From Mantamonas sphyraenae STR306 (lineage: Eukaryota > Protista > CRuMs): 64,000 nt of DNA. Below are positions 24,231 through 34,565 of the stretch, in pieces. The DNA lies in NCBI GenBank assembly GCA_026936335.1, contig JAPMXV010000029.1:496001-560000 (forward strand), written 5' to 3'. The notes beneath the pieces were generated by a model that did no database searches, was not told the DNA's origin, and saw only the letters and a list, made by a program, of their open reading frames with translations. Position numbers and translations under genes: made by a program. Numbering within the stretch: position 1 is the stretch's first letter; the number at the start of each line of letters is the position of its first letter.

Positions 24231-27200
24231 ATGTGGCGCTTCCGTTGGTTGTTCTTTGTGTTGGTGGTCTTGTTGCTGTCTGTTGAGGGTGGCAAGAGGG
24301 GTCGGGACGATGAAGATACACGGGATGAGGTACCCCATTCACCACGTAGGGTGGAGCCTCGGGAGAACAGACGGGACCGCAGAGCCAGGCAAACGGCGGA
24401 ATGGCGACAGCAGAAGCGGCAGCGCGTTCACAGCGTAGACACGCGTTCCAGGGGAGGCCGTGCCTCCCGCAGTGCATCCCGAGGCCGTTCGTCTCGTTCA
24501 AAGTCTTCATCCTGCTCCTCGAGCAGCAGTAGACGAGCCAGACGAGCTGTGAGTGCTGCCAAATTCCGCCCACAAAATTCCGTTTGGTGCTGCCCTTCCG
24601 TTCGGCTGACACACGTGGGGCGACACTCGCGACACACACACACACAACCGTCAGCAAACCGAGGTAGACAGCAAGGGCAAAGACAGGGTCAGGGAAGACC
24701 CCACAGAGACCGACGACGAGCTACCGGCATGGATGCTGGACGAGTGGCAGACGGTGAAACTCCGTAGCCGTTCCCGCAGGCTTCAGAGCAAAGCCGTGGC
24801 CAACTTTGTTCCCACACCTTTCCTCAAAGACATACGAACAGATCTCGCACGGGAGATGTACATCACGCTCAAGAGCAGCAACACACCGGCGCCGGTGAAA
24901 CGTGCCCAGGATGAGCAAACAACAACTCCGTGGGCGCAAGCGCGGGTCAAATTCCCTGACCAGACGGAATTCCTGCATCATCTCAGCACCAGCAAATGCC
25001 AAGCCAACCCTACTTTGCTTCGGCGCGCCAAGGAAGCGAGACGGCGCTTCATTTCACAAGCATGGCCGATTCTCGAGCAGTCTCCCTCGCGATACCGCAA
25101 CGATGTGTGCTGGCTCTGCATCAGCCACTTGCTGAAGGCGTCTCTCATACACAATGGCCGCGTGTATGCAATGTCTGCATTCCCGTTGTGCATCGAGGTC
25201 GCGCAAAATTCCGAGGTGTGCGAATGCTGCGGGTTTGCTGCGGCTGTGCTCACCACGAAGGACGTGTGCAGGCATTTGGCGAATCACTTTGGCCATCGAA
25301 CATACAGCGCTCGGAGGATCGGCTGTCGTACGGATACGACTCCATCTTTCCACGTAAAACCAGGCGGTGGACCCCAAACCCCTATCCTTCACGAGGCAAC
25401 AAGAGCCAAGCCGTACGGCCAAGGTGGTGCTCGCATGCCTCTTCCTGCACCGACACCAGCGAGCATTGAGGAATTCAATGCAGTTTTGCTTGTACGGGCT
25501 GGGGATGCATTGGATCAAACGCTGACGCCGGGCAGCACCATCGACGACGTTGTCGAGGAACTCGCTCGCATGGCACCCGAAGGTACGACCACGTACGTCC
25601 CATTGGAGGTTGAAAGCCCGCCAGGGGGGCTTTCGGTGGAGAGGAGGTGGCGAGATGTTGGTCAATCCTTTGCTCTCGTCGCAACAACGGCCAAACTTGT
25701 CCGTTCTGTGCGCCCGCTCGTGTACCGCTTTGCCAACGACATTGAGGTTGCTGGATTCGACGAGTTCATCCGCAGTGTCGAGCACAGCAACGTCGAGGAG
25801 AGCAGTGTCCTCGAGGCGGAAATCGATTTGGCGGCGTCGGCAATCGAGGCTGTCCCTGCTCAACTACGGGCGGAACTGGACGCGCAAATCCACACGTACA
25901 CCAAGAAGCACAGGCTGCGCGGGCTGTTCGAAACCCTACGCGATGGGGACGACAGTCGTGTGAGCAGTGACGATGCTGGAAACGTTTGGGTTGACAAGCG
26001 CGTGTGTTTGGTGGCAACAGGTGACGCCAACTTGTGGGCCATCCAGCACGCCGCAGATGCACTCGTGGTGGGTGCAGACGCGGCTGCATTGTTCGCCAGC
26101 GGCGCTCGGTGCGGCAGCTGCACGGAGCATGAATGGGACCAGTACGTTTCGGGCGACGCAACCGACGTTCGGGTGGTGCGCATGGATGAAGACAGCACCA
26201 AAGCACGCTTCTTCACATACGCCTTGCTCGGTGGCACCTGTGCAGGCGCTGTTGTGCAATTGGCCCCGGTGGGGCTGCTCGCCTTTCATCGGGACCGAAT
26301 TTGCGCGGCAGTGCGTGCCATTGGCGAGCAGGAGTGGTCCGTCAAGAATGCTGTGCACGAGATCATTCATTGCAATGTGCAGGCGTCGACGCTCGACCCG
26401 ACTACTTCTTCTACGGGACGCGCGTCCAAAGAGGATATCCGCGTGGCTCAAGTCGCGCTTGTGAACCAGATCACCCTCTTAGCCACGGCGTTGGGGGTGC
26501 AAATCGACGCCGAACTTGACAATGGTGTCCAGATCGAAGATGACGCTTATGTGAAGGCGTACAAGACCTGGAAGGCCAAAAAGGCCAAAAAGGGGGACGG
26601 CAAAGGATCAGAGATGGAGGACGAGTCAAACAGGATGGACACAGAGGACATGCAAGGGACACATGCAATGCCCAGCACAGAGGACACAGACAACCACTCA
26701 AACAACGGCGACAACGGCGAAGAGGGAGGTGACCATCACTCGGACGATTTGGAATTGGAGGCGGTCGTTGAGGACGTTGACGACGCAGACGCGGCCGCGG
26801 ATACGATGGATACAGAGGAGACACGCGAGGACACAGACCATACGATGGATACAGAGTACACAGACAACAATGACGGCGACGCCCTGATGGACCATGCAAG
26901 CAATTTGCGGTTCGCTCTCACCTCGGTCCGCGCAGCGCTGCGGACAAAGACGAGTGCACAGCTGAAGCACGTCATGCGCCAACTGTGTGCGGATTACACG
27001 ATAGCAAAGTCCGTGGAGGGCTTAATTGAGCTGGCTCAGGAGGCGCCCTACACGCGTCCGACGACCCAAGCAGACGACGTACCACTCGGACCAGCTGTTC
27101 CTCTCGCAGATGGGGTAGTGAACGGACGGACGTATACCATCCGTGTCGACAGTCAGGGGGACGGGAGGATGGCTGACGCTGCACAGGCGTTTGTGGCCGA

Positions 27201-29590
27201 GAATCGATTGATTCTGAGCAGGAAGGAGGGCAAACTCCTGGAGGAGGGTGTACAACGGCAACGTGAGCTGCGCAGGGACATTGAAAGGGCCAAGAAGGAG
27301 GCAAAAAGCTACGACGACATGGAGGACTTCGAAGAGGCTGTGGAGAAGAGGAGGGGGGAGCTACGCGAGTCCGTCCAGGATGGCAATGTGGATGTGTGTG
27401 CAACTCTGCAGGAGGTGGACACGCTGTGCGACGCCATGCTGGCCAAGGGCCCCTGCTTGAAGGGCCGTTTGGCACAAGTGCTGTGCGGCCAGGACGTGTG
27501 CTTCGTGCAAGCGAGTGACAACGCCGATGACGATGCCCAAATTGCGCAAGCGCGCACGTCGGAGCTCGAGTCGTTCCACTTGCTTGCAAAGCATGTTGCA
27601 ACGCTGTTAAACCGCGGTGCGACTGAGGAACAGGCGCTGTCTGCTGTGTACGGGCTGCACGACGGCAGAGGTGCAGGTGGTGTTGAGCGCTTGATGACGA
27701 ACGCCGGGAAAATTACAACTGTGCCACGTGGCACCATTGCAGACACAGCCGACTGCAGGATGCCCGAAGACCAGCGCAACGAGTTGGATGAAATCCTGGT
27801 GAAGACCCACAGCGACTTCGTGGAAGAGCGAGAAACACTCCACGCTGCTGTGTGCAGATCCGTATCCAGTGATGAGTACGACGCCATGGATCTACAGCAG
27901 CAGCAGAAGAAACTTCAGGAACTGCTGGGTAAGGATTCCAGCACAGCCGCACAAAAACAACTGCGTGACGTGTGGATGTTGGCGACTCGCCACTGGAGCT
28001 CCTCGGTGGCGCGCATGGTACGACACGTTGCGCCAGACCTTTCGCGAAAGTTGACCGACGTGGCGGGTGCCTATGTATCGGGCATGTCTGTGAGTGCATG
28101 GAAGACCAGGAAGAAGAATGAGAAGGACGCCGATGACGCAGCTCTTGAACCGGAAGCGGAGCAGGCGCTTGATGGAGATGAGGACGATGAACAGGATGAT
28201 GAAGATGAACCGGCACGTGTGGCTAAGGTGGACTGGAAGAAGCAGTTAGACCCGCTGCGGACCAAGGTGAGCGCCGTGCTCGAACACTCGCCTCTTCTTT
28301 CGACGCCAAAGACAAAGGCAGAGAAGTGGGCTCGTGTGGTCTCTTACATCCGCCTGCTCAAGGTAGAGGCTGATCAGTGTGGCGGCACAGTCAAGATTGT
28401 GCCCCGACCTCACGCAAGCGCTCGTGCAACGATCACCATTTCCGGATCCAAGTTGAAGTTTAAGCTGCTCAGGGTTGCCTACAACTTTTTACATCACCTG
28501 TGTACGACAGAGGGCGAAGAAAAAGCTCGTGCAGCCGCACGCAGAATAACCAAGGAGTTGAAGTGGAACGGGGGGAGGAAATCAGACGAGATTGCACGCA
28601 AGCTGAACTGGCTCATTGTGAAGCACCCGGATGTGCTTTGTCGCGGCTCACAACGTGCTCTCAAGCGGATCCGAAAGCGAACACACGTCGGCATCGCAAG
28701 GACAGCGGCCGGGTGGTCGGCTCACAAAGGTGATCTGGTTAACTCCCTGACGTTGTTGCTACTGCCAGGGCTATGGAGTACAGACACAGGACAGGAAACC
28801 CGGGGACAAGGCGTGACTCTGGGTGGGCATGATGGCCGTTCGCTCTATCAAACTGTGTATGCGCCACACAGCTTGACTACGGCCGGAATACGACGCAAAT
28901 TGAAAGGAGCAAACGGCTGTGTGGCTGCAACAGACGTTGAAGAAGCCCTTCGTGTGGCCTGCGTCCGTGTTGGCTTCAATGCTGAAGGCAAACTTCGCGA
29001 CCTGCACTACTTCCATGTTGCGCATGTGGTGAGCTTGTTTCACCAGGCGTACAAGGACGAGGCCATGTCCAAGCTGGAGGAATGGTTTACAGAGGCTGGT
29101 CTCGACGAGAGCAGCATCGCAACTGCCGTACATCACCTGGACAAAGTGTGCAAGCCATCGCTGACGTCTACAGCCAAGCACACGGGAAGTCTGTTTGAAT
29201 CGGACAAACAGGTGGCCCGCACGCGAGGGCAAAGTGACCTGTGGACCCCAGGCACAAGTGTAATCGGCATTGACCCGAACATTGACAACAACACCGCCGT
29301 TGCTGTGTTCTACAACAAGAGGATGCAGGCACGCATCGATCGCGACAAAAATCTCCACGTGGATGCTGGCTTCTACTTTCCACTCCCCACGCCATCTTAC
29401 AGACACATGGTACGTAGCAGTCAGCTCAGAAAGACGCAAGGTCTACTGTCCCGGGCTGCATCCGTTGCAGCCCGAAGGTGCAGAGCATCGGCAGCATCAA
29501 CACGCGCAGCGGCATCCTCGTCATCCTCCTCCTCCTCCTCATCATCATCCTCCTCCTCATCATCATCAGCATCATCCTCCTCCTCCTCAT

Positions 29591-29621
<31 letters not shown>

Positions 29622-30180
29622 AGCATCTACACCCACATGGAAAGCCCTGAACCAGGCGAAGCGCGAGGAATTCGTCCGACAACAACCGCCAAAGACGCGG
29701 CATACCAACCTCGTCGACGCGCACCACTACCAACACAGGAAGCTCCGCAACCGGTACCTTGCTGGCATCTCGGCCTCCATCTCGGACATCGGCCGGCTAA
29801 CGCAGCAGCGACCCCTTTTGGCATTTGGGGATGGACGCTTCAGTGCCAGCGTGCCTCTTGCTGATGTCAAGAGACATCTGAGTCGAACACACACGGTCGT
29901 GGTCACACGCGAGGCGTACACATCTGCTCTGTGCCGCGAGTGTGGACACCAGGTGACCCTGAGCCCGAAATCGTACACGAGGCGGGGGTGTAGCAGACGT
30001 TGGTGGGACTGTGCACGCTGCGACCGATGGGCGCAGCACAAGGACATAGACGCCGCAGTGACCATCGCCACTCTGTTGGTGGTGGCCATCTCGGGCGTGG
30101 ACAGGGAGACTCATACAAAGCTGTCATCGAGGAGGTGGCGCAAACAACGGGCGGATCTGCGCAAGAACAAGAAGAAGTGA
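24231..30180 (+). CDS. Giant Fanzor (eukaryotic TnpB/OMEGA-family RNA-guided nuclease); predicted exon 1 24231-24548, intron 24549-24654, exon 2 24655-30180 (~1947 aa; minimal ORF 24733-30180)
   Basis: C-terminal RuvC-I VIGIDPN (D 29272-29274), LLAFGDGRFS, RuvC-II TREAYTSALC (E 29911-29913), Zn ribbon CREC...CARC, RuvC-III HKDIDAAVTI (D 30043-30045), basic NLS-like tail. Confidence 0.85.
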
Positions 30181-30292
30181 ACAATCGCACAACACACACG
30201 GAATAAAGGCGGGCGGGCGACGGGCGGCTGACGGCAGGGGATTTGCGACCGACTACCATCGAAAGGATGGATTTAGTTTGTTTTTCAACAAA
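30181..30292 (+). ncRNA. Candidate Fanzor omegaRNA scaffold / element right end
   Basis: Lies immediately 3' of the nuclease ORF; hairpin GACTA-CCATC-GAAAG-GATGG-AT-TTAGTT (30251-30278), small hairpin TTTGTT-TTTC-AACAAA, TTCAA at 30284-30288; inferred from position only. Confidence 0.4.
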
Positions 30293-30304
30293 GCACAGCA
30301 GTGT

Positions 30305-31739
30305 TCACGGTCGGTCGCAAAGACCTGCTCCGGCGTCTGCCGAAAGCACGCCGGTCTCGATCAGCAAGCGAATTGCACCCACCAACTTGCGTCGCACGAG
30401 CTCCACTTTGACCTCTTGTGAGTCCACTGTGACGCCCATGTTGCGCAACTCCATCAGCTCCGCAACCACATCGGTGGCGTGTGCCGCAACACGCGGCGCC
30501 TCGTTGTTCTCCAGCTGCATGTCCGTGGCCTGGAGCATGGTTTTGAGTCCGTGCACCCCATGCCCCTTTGCAATCAGTGCAGACGCTCCCTTGGCCCACG
30601 TGTGCGGCAGCTGTGCAAGGCGCACCCACAGGTCCAGCGGCAGCGACGATGGATCCGGGAAGCGGCGAGTGCACCGACCGAGTTGAATGCGACACGTTTT
30701 TCGCTGGGAGCGACGGTGCATGAACGTTCTGAGTTCTGCCACGTGGCCCTCGTAGCCCAAATCGATGACATCGCCCTTGCGCGGGCGGGGCTTCGAGAAG
30801 ATGAACACAGCCAGAGCAGAGACGTTCGACGCCACTCGGTACATGGCAATATCGCTTTCGGGATAAGGCCACGGTCGGGAGCTTCTTGGCTTCGTGATGA
30901 CATAGGTTCTGTCGACGAACCGCATGGCTGCCGGATCGCCTTTGGTCACCGCGGCCATCCCGTTGATGGTCATGCAAGGACGTCCACCAAGGTTCCTTCC
31001 AGTGCCCAGGTTCAACGCTTTGTTCTCCAGCACCCATTCCACAAACTGGGGAGGTGCGGCAGCGTACGCCTTCGGCAAATTGGGACGCAGCCTCCCAGAC
31101 ACCCAAGCACGTTCCTGGATGTTGCCGTACGCGGATGTGATCACCCTTTCCATGGTGGGAAACACGGGCAGTCCAAACTTTGTGACATAGTGGCCCATCT
31201 GGCGCATTCGGCTGCACGTGAGAAACACGGCCTCCCAGGTCACCGCGGGCAGCCACTGCAGGATGCGCTCCCACACTTCAGCAGGCATCCTTGACAAGAT
31301 GTCATCCATCCTCCTTTCCCTCCACCTTCGCTTGCGACTCATCGACTCTGTCTCCACAAAGGCAGGCCGGAGTTCCAGGGGAACCCAGTCCTCGTCTTTG
31401 TCTTCGGCCATCCCCGACTTGGGGTACAGATATCTGCACGAGAGGGTCAGCATGAAAACGCACCCCCCATTCCAGAACAACAACCACTTACCGATGACGA
31501 TCGTCCTCCTCGTCGTCTGCCAAGAGTGTTGTGATGTCCACACGGCTGCAAAAAGTGTGAGCGAGCGCCAAACACAACCCAGGACTCGCCCCACGCCATC
31601 CTACTCACGTTCTCCGCTGCCGCTTGGCATCATGTGCCACCGTGGTGATTTCTTCGTCTGAATCCGCCTCGTCATCGTCCTGGAGGGGCCGTTTGCGAGG
31701 TGAGGGCGCCGGCCACGGCTCCGCCCACCTGTCAGCCAT
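30305..31739 (-). CDS. F-box protein; 5' exon structure uncertain (possible frameshift near 31310)
   Basis: DILSRMPAEVWERILQWLP.......LTCSRMR F-box; GT-AG introns near 31606-31518 and 31491-31434. Confidence 0.6.
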
Positions 31740-31868
31740 CGTTTTGGCCTCACCCGCGCCAACGCATCTTCCCACGCATCTTCACCTCTTCAAAACGCCG
31801 TTGCATTTGCATTGCACTCTCCATCAGCCTCTGTGCTGTGCTCTCTCCCTCTCCCTCTCTCTCTCTCT

Positions 31869-34471
31869 CTACACGCGCATGTTGCGCGACACGGTGGACT
31901 TGGAGCCGCCCTGTGTGTTCTCCTGCTCGCTCAGGCCGACAAAGCCCTTGCTGTGCATGATGGGTCGCGCCTTGAAGGTCATCTTCTTGCGCAGCTCACG
32001 GATCTCCTCCTCCTCCTGCAACTTGAGCTCAGCCTCGCGTGCCTTCTTGTCCGCCTCGGCACGGGCCTCCTTCTGCTTCATGGCCGTCTCAAACACCTGA
32101 CGCTCCTGTGCGCGGTGGTCGCTGTTCAGCTGAAAGTCGTTGATGTCCGTCAGGGGCTTCACGCTCTTCTTGACCATAAACGCCTTGCTCTGCGGGGCCG
32201 GGCGTGCCTTGAAGTTGGCCGCCTCCTTCTGCATCTGCTGCTCCTCGGCCACGTACTCCTCAAACGCAGCCTTGATCTCCTCGCCACGCTCTTCACTCAA
32301 CAAGTGGAACGGACGCGGCTGAGTGGCTGCCTTGTTGCTGGCCTTGGGGATCATTGGCTGGTCGATGGGCAGAGGGCGTGCCTTGAACTGCTTCATCGCC
32401 GCCTCGTGCTGCTCCTCCTCTTCCAGATACGCACGCAACATCTCCTGCTTGAAGCTACCACGCGCCTCGGTGTTCAGCGCAAACTCCTCGGGCTGGGTCG
32501 GTGCCTTGTGCTGCACACTCGGCACAAACGGCTTGGCCACCATGATCGGACGCGCCTTGAACGGTTCCGGAGACGGCTCCTGCGGCGCCTGTGGCGCAGG
32601 CTTGGACAGACCACGCACCTTTGTGCGCAGGGCTGGCGACTCGGCCACCGTCAGTTGCTTCTTCTCCACATGCACATGGCTGCTGCCGCTGCTGCTGCCA
32701 AACAGCACACCCTCCTTCAGCGGGCGAGCCTTGAACTCGCGTGCCGCACGCTCGCGTGCATCGCGCTCCTCCTCCGTCTCCTGCGGACGCACGTGTGAAC
32801 GCTCCTCCGTGCGAAAGTGAAAGTCCGTGGGCTTGGTCACGGGCTGCGAGCGCACGCGCGGCACGCCCACGTTGCCGTTGCTGTGCATCACTCGCGCAGA
32901 CAGCGGACGCGCCTTGAACGCAGGCACCTTGGCCAGCTCCTCCAACTCGCGCTCTTCCGTGCTCTTCTCCGTGCTCGGGCGCAGGCGTCGGTCCGTGTTG
33001 AACTTGGGCGAGCGCGCTCGTGTCAGCTTGGGGCGCCCCGCTGCCTTGGCCTCCTTCGTCGGCGGCGAGTACTCCTTGCGGTTGTTGGGTTTGGTGCGGT
33101 ACCGCTGCGGCGTCTTGGTGTTCATCTGCATCACAGATTCGGCCAGCGAGTGGTACGGAGAGTGGGCCTCGTTGCTACCATCTGCAGGGCGAGACGTCGC
33201 GCGACGATCCACACGGAAATTGAATGGCTTGGGGTTCGTCAGACCGCGAGGCTGCGACGACGACGACGACGACGACGATGCCGTGGCCGGGCGCTTCCTG
33301 CGCAGTTTCATCGAGTGCGTGGATGGCGAGGCTTCCGGCACGCCCTTGAGACGCGCATCGGTGCGAAACGCAAACTCCTGGGGCTCAGTGAGCGCCTTGG
33401 TGGAGCGCGTAGGTGCATAGTCGTGTCCCTGTGCGAGTACACTCTTCTTGTGCTTCTTGTTCAGCTTGCGGCGCTTGCTCTCCTTCTTGCGCAGCTCTTC
33501 AATCTCCAACAGCTCCTGCTCCTCCGTGGTCAGAAGACGCGACGGACGCGATCGGGTCGTGCTGTGAAACGTGGGCGTCTTGGGAACAGTGAGCCCCGTG
33601 TGCGAGCGTCCCGTGGTCGCGTTGGCCGTCGACGGCCGCTTGCGCTTGCGAGCGTTCTCCTGGCTTTTGCGCTTGGCCAGCGACGCCGACGTCGGCCGCA
33701 GCAAGTTCGACTGTGAATTGGGTTCGCGTGCGACAAGCCCCGCAAAACAGTGTAAGTGACCCTCATCTGCACCCGTTGTCTTTGTATCACCTGCCTTTGC
33801 ATCGATGTCCGGCACAGTAAATCGGTGGAACTCTTGGTCGTCCTCCACTTCATCGTCCTCCTGCTCCTCAGTGTCTTCGTCATGCTCGTGCACAGACATG
33901 ACATCGTCGTTGTTGGCGTCCTCCTCTGCCTCCTCGACCTCTTCCTCGTCGCTTTCGTTCTCGCCGGCGTCGTGGTGCGACACGGGCGAATCGCGCGCGC
34001 TTTTCGCAACGGCTGTTTGCAAAAAGGGAACGTGCGGTGCGCCGTACATACAGATGTCAGTGATGCCACACACATACAAACGTCTCTCATACACGTCAAC
34101 GCATGCATCGATACGCTTTGTACCACTCCGGCGTGCCTCGGGCGTTCGCATACCTTCGACGTCCATTTCTGTGCGGATTTTTTGGACCGGTGTCAGCAAA
34201 TTTTGAATTTGGCGCGGAGCTGTCCTCTGCACGTGCCCCACTCACCGTCGTCCATCCACGGGTTGTTCTCCGCAATGACCAGGCTGCTGTCGAGTTCGTC
34301 GTGCTCGCCAGACAGATCGAGACCCAGGGCGGAGTCCTCGTGCTCGTCAAACCAGGTGTCGGCCTGGTCGTCATCGGCTGCGCCGGCCTCGGCGCCAAAG
34401 TCGTGGAACTGCGGTGCGGCAAACTCGTACTTCTCGTCCACGTTGTCGGTGGGAGTTGTGTTGTCGTCCAT
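31869..34471 (-). CDS. TPX2: TPX2 spindle assembly factor (multi-exon)
   Basis: N-terminal YEFAAPQFHDF Aurora-A-binding motif, LTVPKTPTF, LTEPQEFAFRT, repeated FKARP, C-terminal EIRELRKKMTFKARP. Confidence 0.92.
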
Positions 34472-34565
34472 GATGATGGTGATGGGGTGTGTGCGTGTGC
34501 GTGTGTGGGGTGTGTGTGGGATGTGTAATGCAGTTTCTTGCCCCCACCCGCGCAACGCGACCACC

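Noticed and set aside
22790-24295. Short ORFs upstream of the Fanzor as an IS200 TnpA, IS607 serine recombinase or DDE transposase
   Set aside because: No HUH+Y, YxRVS or DDE motifs were recognisable in the translations
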